Shown: positions 31,091 through 40,287 of the stretch, piece by piece
How the letters are laid out: each line of letters starts with the position of its first letter
Position numbering within the stretch: the stretch's first letter is position 1
Source of the DNA: Pelagomonas calceolata
Taxonomy: Eukaryota
DNA length: 64,000 nucleotides
Assembly: GCA_918797485.1 (NCBI GenBank)
Contig: CAKKNE010000002.1
Coordinates: 2,790,001-2,854,000, forward strand
Reading direction: 5' to 3'
Made by a program: the position numbers and the translations under genes
Notes under the pieces: generated by a model
What the model was told of the DNA's origin: nothing
Databases searched by the model: none
The model's input: only the letters and a program-made list of their open reading frames with translations

Positions 31091-31731
31091 TGTGGCTTGT
31101 GGTGGTGGTAAGGTGAGAGAGGAAGGTGGTGAAGAAGTCCGAGGGTGAGTCGGACCTGTGCGTTCAATTTTTGAGCGGGCTGTTCGTGCCCATTTCTTGG
31201 CGAGTGGCGCGTGTGTGGCGGTGGGCGTGTGTGTGTCGTGACGGGGCAGCCTCCGGGCCGCCGCGCGGCCTTTTTTGGCGCTTAGCGGTGTTGTCTCATT
31301 TCTCGGCGGGCGGCCCGTTTTGGGGAGCGGGAGCGGCGCGCGACGGCAGCGCAGCCCTCTGGGAGGTCGCGCGCGGCGCCGGGCGTCCGGCGCGGCGGTC
31401 TACGATGCGGGGGACGCTGAATAGTTACCGATTACTTGGGGTGTTAAATTGCTGGGGGAATAAAGCTCAACGGACCTGCGTACGGGGATCTCCCCCGGCA
31501 TCACAGGCTAAACGCGACCTTCGCATGCTTGGATGGACTCGGATATCAAATTAATTCATGTTGGCTAGCATACACCTACTAGGCATCCCACCCCCTGGCT
31601 TGCTTGCCGATGAGAGCATTGCACGCATCTGCGTCCAAGTGCGGGCATCGGTAATAGAGGCACCGGCAGTGCAGCATTGACTTGCCCAGCGTCTGTCGGC
31701 GAGCCGTGGCAACAGGATAGCCAACAAAAGC

Positions 31732-33132
31732 ATGGCTGCCAGCAGCATCGCACTCCTGCTGCTCTCCACGACCGCTGCAGCCGCCTACACGCCGAGGCGA
31801 CGCGTCCAGCCGCCGAAAGCGCTGCTGCGGACCGTCCGGGGCGGCAGCAGTGCCCAGGACACTGCGTCGGCACCGCCGCCCGCGGCCGTCCACCCGACGT
31901 GGGCGCCGCTGGCGCCGCTCGCGATCGGCGCGGCGACGGCGGGCCTCGGCGCCGCGTACGCCGCGGCGCTCCGGGCGTCGCTGCGCGTGGTCTGGCGCGG
32001 CCTGCCCGCTCAGCGCTGGCTCGTGCCGGCCATCACGACGGCCGGTGGCGTCGCCGTCGGCGGCGTCGCCATCGCGGGCGGTGGATTTTTCGGCGTTGGT
32101 AACTACGTCGCGGCGGCGCGCGGCGCGGCGCCCTGGCCCCGCGCGCGCGCCGCCGTCGGCCCGCTGCTCGCGGCGTCGCTGCTGACGACCGCGGCGGGCC
32201 TCAGCGTCGGGCCCGAGGCGCCCATGGTCGCCGCGGGCGCCGTCTGCGGCGCGGCGCTCGCGCGGCGCTACCGGCTCGACGAGCGCGAGGCCGCGTTCGC
32301 CGGCGCGGCCGGCGCGCTGACGGCGTTTCTCGGGTTTCCGATCGCGGGCGCCGTCTTCGTCCACGAGCTCGCGACGCCGGGCGCCGACATGGCCGCAGGC
32401 CTGGCGCCGACGGCGCTGGCGACCATCGGCGCGGCCCTCGCCGGCTGGCTCCTCAAGGGCGGCACCATTGGGGGCCATTTCCGCTGGGGCGCCGTCCAGC
32501 CGCTCAGCGCGCGCGCATATGTCCTCGCGTGCGGCGTGGGTGTAGTCGGCGCGCTCGTCGGCGGCGCCTTCGTCGCGGCCTGCGACGCGGTCCGCGCGCG
32601 CTCGGTGCCGCCGTCGCGGCGGCGCGAGGTCTTGGTCCGCGCCGGGGCGGGGCTCGGCGCGGGCCTCCTCGCGCTGCGGTATCCGCAGTCCCTGTTCTGG
32701 GGCGAGCAGTCGCTCCAGACGGCCATCAACGGCGTCTCGGCGCCGGAGGCGCTGCTCTACCCGGTCGCGCTCCAGGGCCCGCGGGCGGCTGCACCCTTCG
32801 GCCTGGGGCTCGGCGCCGCGAAGCTCGCTGCGATCGCCCTGGCCGCCGGCGCCGGCTGCCCCGGCGGCGTGATCTTTCCGCTCTTCTTCGCCGCGGGTGC
32901 CCTCGCCCACGGCGCGATCGCCGCCGTGCATCTGCCGGCGGCGACCGTCGCGCTGCTGATGGCCGCGGTCCAGGCATCGGTCACGCGGACGCCGCTGTCG
33001 ACGGCGCTCATGCTGGCCTTCTCCGGAAACCTCGGCGCAACGCTCACGCCGCTCTGCGCCGTCAGCGCCTATTCCGCGGTCGCCACGGCGCGCGCGTTGG
33101 CGCTACCGACGCTTCTATGCTATCCATCCTAA
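31732..33132 (+). CDS. CLC-family chloride channel/transporter-like protein (bacterial type) with N-terminal targeting peptide
   Basis: GLSVGPEAP, AGAAGALTAFLGFPIAG and GGVIFP motifs; hydrophobic signal peptide. Confidence 0.85.
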   Translation: MAASSIALLLLSTTAAAAYTPRRRVQPPKALLRTVRGGSSAQDTASAPPPAAVHPTWAPLAPLAIGAATAGLGAAYAAALRASLRVVWRGLPAQRWLVPAITTAGGVAVGGVAIAGGGFFGVGNYVAAARGAAPWPRARAAVGPLLAASLLTTAAGLSVGPEAPMVAAGAVCGAALARRYRLDEREAAFAGAAGALTAFLGFPIAGAVFVHELATPGADMAAGLAPTALATIGAALAGWLLKGGTIGGHFRWGAVQPLSARAYVLACGVGVVGALVGGAFVAACDAVRARSVPPSRRREVLVRAGAGLGAGLLALRYPQSLFWGEQSLQTAINGVSAPEALLYPVALQGPRAAAPFGLGLGAAKLAAIALAAGAGCPGGVIFPLFFAAGALAHGAIAAVHLPAATVALLMAAVQASVTRTPLSTALMLAFSGNLGATLTPLCAVSAYSAVATARALALPTLLCYPS

Positions 33133-33147
33133 CAACGGGTACTAGCT

Positions 33148-33819
33148 TTAAGACGCGACCGGTGCGCGGTCCTCGCGCGCGAAGAACAGCGTCAGGGCCA
33201 GGCTCGCCCCAAGCGACGCGGCCGGCCCGCCTGCCAGCCACGCGACGGGCCACGCGACGTGGTAGAGCCACCTCCAGCCCATCCACTGGAGTCTGTGACT
33301 CCGGACCATGATCTTCTCGACGGCCGCGCGCTGCTGCGGGTCGCCCGCGGCGACGGGGAACCAGAAGCCCGCGTGGAGCATGAGCCGCGCGCTCTGCGAA
33401 AAGGTGTACGCCGACGCGACGAGGCAGCAGACGACGCTCGCGACCTGCACGTGCGACGCCTGCTTCAGCTGGCCCACCGACAGGCCCCCGAGCGTGAGGA
33501 CGGTCGAAGCCTGGAACGTGTTCGCCGTGATGCCGTTGCGCAGCGTCTGCACCGCGTAGAGCCAGCCCTCGGTCGCGAAGACGTGGCGGCACCAGTCGAC
33601 GCGCGCCGCGGCTTGCGTCTTGCGCCACGAGTCGGCGCCGCGTCGCTCGCGCCGCGACATTTGCAGCTGGTAGAAAGCCAGGTTCGCCGCGCCGGCGGCG
33701 ACTGTGGCATGAGGAGGTACGTAGGCCTCACGCCGCGTGGCGACGCGTCGCGGCGTTCTGGCCGCATGCAGCAGGGCGTGTGCAGCAGCAATGAGGCATG
33801 CGGTGATTAGTCGTTTCAT
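33148..33819 (-). CDS. DUF599-like membrane protein with N-terminal targeting peptide
   Basis: AVQTLRNGITANTFQAST motif; leader MKRLITACLIAAAHA. Confidence 0.7.
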   Translation of the reverse strand: MKRLITACLIAAAHALLHAARTPRRVATRREAYVPPHATVAAGAANLAFYQLQMSRRERRGADSWRKTQAAARVDWCRHVFATEGWLYAVQTLRNGITANTFQASTVLTLGGLSVGQLKQASHVQVASVVCCLVASAYTFSQSARLMLHAGFWFPVAAGDPQQRAAVEKIMVRSHRLQWMGWRWLYHVAWPVAWLAGGPAASLGASLALTLFFAREDRAPVAS

Positions 33820-34011
33820 CTCGATGCTCGAACAGGCCGTAGAGCAGCTCTGAGGCCGTGCGGTGGCAGCGGTGCAGAGCTGGACTAGTATGTTACAGAC
33901 GCTAGCCAATGCCCTTTCAGCCATTTTGGAGGGTGAAGACGTAGAAGATTGGGCTAAATGCTCTTAAAAGCAAGAATTTGCAAACGCGCGTATGAGGCAC
34001 CACTGACAGCA

Positions 34012-35085
34012 ATGTCCGAGGCCGTCGACTACGTCGCCCTGTTGACGGCGGTGCCGAGCGTGCTGGTCGTCGGAGACGAGAGCTTCGAGTTCTCGCTGGG
34101 ACTGGCCGAAGCGGCCGCGGCGCGGGGCAAGAGCGCCGGGCGCTGGCTCTGCGCGACGGCGTACGAGGCCGCGCCCGTCGACGCGGCCGCCGCGACGCGC
34201 GCCGCCGAGCTCGGCTGCCTCGGGGCGGTGGTGCGCCAGGGCGTCGACGCGACGCGCCTCGAGGGCATGCACCTCTGCGAGCCGTCGATCCAGGTCGACT
34301 GGATCCCGCCGCCGGCCTTCGGCGCCGTGGTGTTCAACTTTCCCTACGTCGTCGTCGAGGGCCGGCGGCCCCGCGTCGACGACAACCGCGAGCTCCTCGT
34401 GAAGTTCTTCGCGAGCGCGCGGAGGGTGCTGCGCCCGGGCGGCCTTGTCGTCGTCGCGCTCGCGCGCGGCCAGGGCGGCACGCCGGCCGACGCGACGGCC
34501 GGGACGCGCCGGGACGCCTACCAGAACTCGTGGCGCATCCTCGACGCGGCCGCGCGGGCGGACCTCGTCCTCGCGGCGGCCGGCCCGCCTCAGTTCCCGG
34601 GGAACTACGCGCCCGCGGGCTACCGGCGCCGCGGCGCGGACCGGCGCATCGCCGACTCCTACGTGAAGCTGTCCGTCGCCCACGTCTTCCGGCCGGAGGG
34701 CAGCTGCATGCCGCGGCACGCCGTCGAGTTCGCGCACGACCTCTCGTTCTGGCTCCCCGCCGCGGCCGCCGTCGACGAGGCGTTCGCGGCCTGCCCCGCC
34801 ATGGCGCCCGCCGACGGCATCGACGACGCGTTCGCGGCCTGCGCCGCGGCCGCGGCCGCGGCGGCCGGCGTCGGGCTCCTAGCCGCGACGCGCACCGACG
34901 CCTATGCGTGTCCGACGACGGGCCGCCACGCGCGGACCTATCGCGCGGTCATAGCGAGCGGTAGGCGCGCGTGCTCGAAACACCGCTCGTCCGTCGTCGC
35001 GCTGGAGATCACGCGCTGCGCGCACGAGGGCCTCCGGTTCGTGCCGAGGTCCTACGCCAACGAAGGCGGCGGTCCAGACGACTAG
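34012..35085 (+). CDS. DUF2431/Bmt5-like rRNA methyltransferase with C-terminal FDX-ACB-like domain (FDXACB1-like)
   Basis: VLVVGDESFEFS, GVDATRL, VFNFP, NRELLVKFFASA and GQGGTPAD; C-terminal HDLSFW and TGRHARTYR. Confidence 0.8.
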   Translation: MSEAVDYVALLTAVPSVLVVGDESFEFSLGLAEAAAARGKSAGRWLCATAYEAAPVDAAAATRAAELGCLGAVVRQGVDATRLEGMHLCEPSIQVDWIPPPAFGAVVFNFPYVVVEGRRPRVDDNRELLVKFFASARRVLRPGGLVVVALARGQGGTPADATAGTRRDAYQNSWRILDAAARADLVLAAAGPPQFPGNYAPAGYRRRGADRRIADSYVKLSVAHVFRPEGSCMPRHAVEFAHDLSFWLPAAAAVDEAFAACPAMAPADGIDDAFAACAAAAAAAAGVGLLAATRTDAYACPTTGRHARTYRAVIASGRRACSKHRSSVVALEITRCAHEGLRFVPRSYANEGGGPDD

Positions 35086-35089
35086 TTTC

Positions 35090-35985
35090 TTGTGCTAAAG
35101 CTGTGTGTGTGTCTATCGAGTACAACTCCTTATGAGCTGGGGGGAGAAGAGGAAACGACACGCGGGGTAAAGAGGACGATGTGGGGGTAACAGTGCAGGA
35201 GGAACATGACGGCCTCGAAGAAGACCGTTCGGACCCGGAGGGGCGTGGAGCCCGTCCACCCGGAAGGTGCAGCCAGTCCAGTCGTCGCGCGCCTCGTTCT
35301 TGTGGTTGTTCTCGTCCGTCGCCATGCCTGCGGAGGGCCTCGCAGTGCGCGGCGGAGCGCGTGATGGGCGCGCGGCCGCGCGGCGGTGTGTTTGAGCCGC
35401 CGCCCGCGCGGTCGACTCGGTCGTCGGCGCCGGCCTTCGCGCGACGCGCGGCGGCGCCTCGGGGCCGGCGCGCGCGTCACGAGGCGCTCTCGGGCGGCGG
35501 AGCGTGGAGGCGGGGCGGGGCGCGGCTCAAGGACGCGGGAAGCGCGGTACCTTCGTCGATGTTGTGAATCAAACTGCCCCTTGAAGGACCTCCGTGCGGC
35601 GCTGCAGCGCGTCTGCGCAGGTCGCCGAGGCTCGTCGTCGAGCGCCTGGGTCCGTTCCGTCGCCGCGCTGTGGCCCTGGTCCACCGCGCCGCGCTTTTGC
35701 GGCGTCGACGGCCGCCGGCCCAGATCGTTCTGCGCTCTGCGATTTTTTTGATTCGCAAAGGGCCTTTGCGCCCCCCGGCCGGGTCCGCGCCCCCCATGCG
35801 GCCCGAGAGGGCTCAGGAGCCTTGGGGGGACGGGTACTAGCGGGTTCCTACTTTCTGGGGACGCCTGATGCGCGTTGCCGCGGACGCGGGCGGCAGACGG
35901 TAAATGGCACAACAGTACATTGATTAGCTCGGCAAAGCGCGGTCAAGCGGCAAGCCGTCGCCGCGCTATTGCCCGACGCCGACGC
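35090..35985. repeat. Dispersed ~0.8 kb repeat, copy 2 (longest)
   Basis: Matches copies 1 and 3; carries an ~85-nt segment absent from copy 1 and a (TG)n run at its left end. Confidence 0.9.
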
Positions 35986-36001
35986 AGACGCACAGACGCG
36001 G

Positions 36002-37303
36002 CTAGCTCGGCGCGCACCACTGCACGCCGTCGTCGTCGCGGTCGCGGGGCGGCGGCCGCGTCGCTTCGACGGGCGGCGGCGGCGGGAGGTCCGCGGCGTC
36101 GGCGCGCGACACGGCCGCGACGACGGCGTCGGCGACGGCCCCGGCGTCAAAGGGGACCGCGGCCCGGACGGCGAGCACCGCGTCGCCGCGCCGGCCGAGG
36201 TGCCGGTCGTAGAGCTTGTCGTAGTACCGTGCCAGCAGCAGGCGCGCGCACGCCGCGAGGTCGCCCGCGTCCAAGAACCCCTTCGCGCGCGCCGTGTCGT
36301 CGGGGCCCAGCCGCTTCGCGACGAGCGCCAGCGCGGCGTCGAGGCGCGCGCGCGCGCCGCCCGCGCCCGCGGCCTCGTCCTCGGCGTAGTCCTCCAGGAG
36401 GTGCGCCACGCGCGCGGCGTCCGACGCGTCGACGCGGACGACGCGCGGCGCCGCCCGCATGCGCGCGTAGAGCGCCGGGGGCACGAGGCACCGGCCGACG
36501 TGGCCCTCCTCGTCCTCGACGAAGACGTCGCGGGTCGCGTCGAGCGCGCGCCAGGCCCAGGCGCACTTGGTCTCGAAGGCCGCGTTCGACGGCTGCGCCG
36601 CGCCCTTGAGGTCCCCAAAGGCCGAGCCGCGGTGCGCCGCGAGCGCCTCGAGGTCGAGAACTTGATGATTTTTTGCTGCGAGCGCCCGCAGCACGCGCGT
36701 CTTGCCGACGCCCGTGCGGCCGCCGACGACGATCACGCGCGGGCCCTCCTCGAACAATTCTCTCAGGTGCCGCCGGTAGGCGCGGTAGCCGCCGTCGAGC
36801 ACGAAGACGTCGACGTTCCGGCGCGCCAGCAGCCACGCCACCGACCCGCTCCGCAGGCCGCCGCGCCAGCAGTAGACGCCCACGATCTTCGCCTCGCCCG
36901 CGACGCGCTCCGCGAGCGCGCCGAGGCCGCCCTTTTTGCGCAGCTTCGCGAGGCCGAGCCGCATCGCCTCGTCGCGGCCCTTCTTGGCGTAGCACTTGCC
37001 CACGTCGGCGCGCTCCGCGTCGTCGAAGAGCGGCGCCGAGTGGGCCCCCGGGACGGCGTCCCTCGCGAACTCCGCCGGCGACCGCACGTCGACGCAGCGC
37101 GCGCCGCCATCAACACAACGCCGCAGGAACTCGGCCGGGCTCACGACGCGCGCCGGCTTCGCCTCCGCCACGGCTGCCGCGAGCGCGGCGAGCGGCTGCG
37201 CCCAGGTCGCGAAGGGGCCGCTGTCCAGCGCGCGCTCGATGTCGTCGGCGGACATTTTGGCTGCATTTTCCGGTGAGTTTACTGTTTCTTGCAGCGATGC
37301 CAT
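36002..37303 (-). CDS. selU: tRNA 2-selenouridine synthase (rhodanese + P-loop)
   Basis: DVRSPAEF, PLFDDAERADVG, YCWRGGLRS, LDGGYRAYR, GGRTGVGKT, DLEALAAHRGSAFG, FVEDE and YYDKLY; start codon uncertain (37303 or 37255). Confidence 0.92.
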   Translation of the reverse strand: MASLQETVNSPENAAKMSADDIERALDSGPFATWAQPLAALAAAVAEAKPARVVSPAEFLRRCVDGGARCVDVRSPAEFARDAVPGAHSAPLFDDAERADVGKCYAKKGRDEAMRLGLAKLRKKGGLGALAERVAGEAKIVGVYCWRGGLRSGSVAWLLARRNVDVFVLDGGYRAYRRHLRELFEEGPRVIVVGGRTGVGKTRVLRALAAKNHQVLDLEALAAHRGSAFGDLKGAAQPSNAAFETKCAWAWRALDATRDVFVEDEEGHVGRCLVPPALYARMRAAPRVVRVDASDAARVAHLLEDYAEDEAAGAGGARARLDAALALVAKRLGPDDTARAKGFLDAGDLAACARLLLARYYDKLYDRHLGRRGDAVLAVRAAVPFDAGAVADAVVAAVSRADAADLPPPPPVEATRPPPRDRDDDGVQWCAPS

Positions 37304-37583
37304 GGCGTGTTGCGAGCGATGCGTGCGCGACGGCTTGTGCTTGTAGTTGGTGCTATTGCAGTGCGCAGTAGCGCTCTTAGTTTCGCGTGCAGCTGCAATA
37401 CCGATCAACAGCGGATGCGTGCGACTTCTAATTCGTGTTCTGCCAGCTCGCACACCCCGAAAGTAGCGATCCTCAGCCGGCAAAAAAATGGCACAAAAAC
37501 CCGTTTTTTCATGTCTCGCGGCGCAGCCGCGCGGTGGGGCAGGCTCTAGCCGCATCCAACTACGTAGTACACATTAAACAAAC

Positions 37584-38579
37584 TCACCGCGGCTTGCGGT
37601 GCTTCGCACGGATCCCGAGGCCGACGCCGACGGCGAGCACGGCGAGCGCCGTCGCGTGCGAGCCCGTGAACGGCTTCTTGAATAGTATGAAGGACAGCAC
37701 GAGCGTCACGACCTTGCGCGCCGACGTCGCGAGGACGCCCGCGACGCCCGAGAGCCCCCGGATGACGTTCAGGTAGCAGCGCAGGCCCGCGTAGCCCACC
37801 AGGCCCTGGGCGAGGAGCCAGAGCGCCGCATCTTGATGGACGCGCAGGTACGCGACGGCGCGCCCCAGCTCGCCCGTCGCCGCGATGAACGCGAGGACGA
37901 CGAGGAAAGACCCCGCGTTCGACAGGACGACCATCGAGCCGAGCGGCAGCTTGAGCCCCCGCAGCAGCTTCTCCTGGAGGTTCGGGATCACCGCGTCCGA
38001 GCAGACAGCGACGACTAGCAGCATGAGGCCCGCCGCCTGCGTGTCCCGCTCGGCGTGCGCCGCGAGGTCCGCGGCGCTCAGGAGCGCGAGCCCGACGCAC
38101 ATGAAGAGCGCCGCCGCGTAGTCGTCGACCCCGTACCGCTTCCCGTCGCGGACGATGTAGCGCGAGAAGGCCATCGTCGGCACGAGCTTGCACGACTTGA
38201 ACGCGACCTTGACGGGGTAGTTCACGTGCTGCAGCGCGACGGAGCCCGTGCCCTGGCTCAGCGCGATCGCGAAGACCAGCAGCGCGAGGTAGTTCCGCGC
38301 GGCGGCGGGCGTCGCCGTCTCGTCGGCCTCGCGGCGGCGCCGCAGCGCCGCGAGGCCGCCCTCCCACGCGAGCGCGCAGACGAACATCGTGCCGATCTCG
38401 ACGGCCGTCATGAACCACCCGAACTCGAAGCCCGGCGTCCGGAACGCGCGCTCCTGCAGCGCGTCGTGCAGCACGTAGAAGAAGAAGAGGCCCAGCACGT
38501 AGCCGAGCATCTGCGCCTCGTGCCGCTGCTGCGCGTCCGTCGGTTGCGTCGGTTGCGGTGCTTCGACGTCGCCGGCCAT
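37584..38579 (-). CDS. UAA-family (SLC35B3/PAPS-like) transporter
   Basis: ALQHVNYPVKVAFKSCKLVPTM, DAVIPNLQEK and RKVVTLVLSFILFKKPF. Confidence 0.9.
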   Translation of the reverse strand: MAGDVEAPQPTQPTDAQQRHEAQMLGYVLGLFFFYVLHDALQERAFRTPGFEFGWFMTAVEIGTMFVCALAWEGGLAALRRRREADETATPAAARNYLALLVFAIALSQGTGSVALQHVNYPVKVAFKSCKLVPTMAFSRYIVRDGKRYGVDDYAAALFMCVGLALLSAADLAAHAERDTQAAGLMLLVVAVCSDAVIPNLQEKLLRGLKLPLGSMVVLSNAGSFLVVLAFIAATGELGRAVAYLRVHQDAALWLLAQGLVGYAGLRCYLNVIRGLSGVAGVLATSARKVVTLVLSFILFKKPFTGSHATALAVLAVGVGLGIRAKHRKPR

Positions 38580-39129
38580 CTCAGTTTAAGGCCATCTGCT
38601 ATGCCAAATGCTGCGGTTACCAATGCCGCACTGCAGCCGCTATCCAAATGCTGCCTGCTGAGGGGTGCAAATGCGGCACAGCTGAGGGTTGCGAGCGTAG
38701 GCAGTTAACACGACGGCACACCACACGTATCGGGCGTGCGATGCTTCCCTACTGCAGTCGTGCGGCTCTGTGTGCCCCTATAAAATGGCGTGCACCCAGC
38801 CTCTTTTTTTGGGCTGAGGCCCGGAGTTATTGGACCCATGTTCCCGGCGAAGCATACTTCGCCTCTGTTCCTCCATATAACCGTGGCTGCACGAATAATC
38901 CGCGACGTGCCAGTAGTGTATACACATACTAGCTTTCACCTCGCCTGCGAAATCGCAGCCATAGTGCGCCCACACGCTGCGCTTGGAACAGCAAACGTAT
39001 CAGCGAGAGACCCGCAACCAGCCGCCCAGCAGCCTCAGTTTCCTGCACCCAGTCGGCTAGCAGCGGAGATACCAGCCTTGGCAGCGAGCAGCCCCGCAGA
39101 CACAGCGAGAGAAAGCGAGCGACACAACC

Positions 39130-40041
39130 ATGTCCTACGAGAAGGGCGACCGCGACCGCGCGGACCCCTGCAAGATCTACGTGGGCGGCAACCCCGAGAT
39201 GGAGGAGGACGAGCTGCGCGGCCTCTTCGCCAAGCACGGCACGGTCGAGAAGGTCTGGATCGCGCGGAGCCCGCCCGGCTTCGCGTTCGTCTGGCTGACC
39301 GACGAGCGCGACGTGGCCGACGCGATCAAGGCGCTCGACGGCGCCGAGCTCGGCCGCCACAAGGTCACGGTGGCCGTGGCCTCGGGCCCGCGCGAGCGCC
39401 GGCCGCCGCCGCGCGACCGCTACGACGACCGCTACGACCGCTACGACGACCGCCGCGACCGCTACGACGACCGGCGGCCGCCGCGCCGGCCCAAGGGCCC
39501 CGGCGGCTTCCGCGTCAAGATCACGAACCTGGCGCCCGGCACGGACTGGCGCGACCTCAAGGACGCCTTCCGCCGGTCCGGCGACGTGCCGTACGCCGAC
39601 GCGCGCGGCTCCGAGGGCATCGTCGAGTTCAACTCCGAAGAGGATCGCTTGCGCTGCCTGAAGGACTTTGACGGCACCGAGTTCCGCGGCCAGCGCATCG
39701 GCGTCGAGATGACGGAGGGCTCCACGGCGGAGTTCTTCGGTCGCACGCACGAAAAGTACCCGGACACGTACCCGCCGCCGCGGCGCCGCCACGAGAGCGA
39801 CTACGACCGCCAGTACCGCCGCTCGCGCTCGCCGCCGCGCCGGGACGACTACGACCGCCGCGACCGCTCGCCGCCGCGCCGGGACCGCCGCTACGACGAC
39901 TACGACGACCGCCGCCGCGACGACTACGACCGCCGGGACGACTACGACCGCCGCAGCCGCGGGGGCTACGGCTTCGACGACCGCCGCGCGCCGCGCGGCC
40001 GCTCGCGCTCGCCGCGCGACCGCTACGACGACCGCCGCTGA
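39130..40041 (+). CDS. SR-type splicing factor with two RRMs and an RD/RS-rich tail
   Basis: CKIYVGG, RSPPGFAFV and pseudo-RRM DWRDLKD; RSRSP repeats. Confidence 0.9.
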   Translation: MSYEKGDRDRADPCKIYVGGNPEMEEDELRGLFAKHGTVEKVWIARSPPGFAFVWLTDERDVADAIKALDGAELGRHKVTVAVASGPRERRPPPRDRYDDRYDRYDDRRDRYDDRRPPRRPKGPGGFRVKITNLAPGTDWRDLKDAFRRSGDVPYADARGSEGIVEFNSEEDRLRCLKDFDGTEFRGQRIGVEMTEGSTAEFFGRTHEKYPDTYPPPRRRHESDYDRQYRRSRSPPRRDDYDRRDRSPPRRDRRYDDYDDRRRDDYDRRDDYDRRSRGGYGFDDRRAPRGRSRSPRDRYDDRR

Positions 40042-40287
40042 GCATTTTAGTCACACCCGCCGGCCCGAGACGCGAGCGGCGGCTCCTGTCTTCTCTCTCT
40101 GGGGTGTAAGAAGGTCTAGTACTATCCAAACCCGTGCGCTGCGCATGCGCAGGCGCGGCTTCCAGGGCTCCCGCGCTTAGGAAATGCTAGCGGCCTGTAA
40201 GACACTCTAGAGCAAGCAAGCTCGTTGTGGACAAACTGGGCAACCGATCGAAAAAATTGCCCAGATCGATCGATAAACGCGCAATTT

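Noticed and set aside
29645..31111. Long antisense ORFs over tubulin, and similar shadow ORFs over RPS7, CTPS and the HECT gene
   Set aside because: Expected from extreme GC and GC3 bias; no independent protein motifs.
39410..40040. GACGACCGCTAC-type repeats as an array or CRISPR
   Set aside because: They encode the RD/RY low-complexity region of the SR protein; there are no unique spacers and no cas genes.
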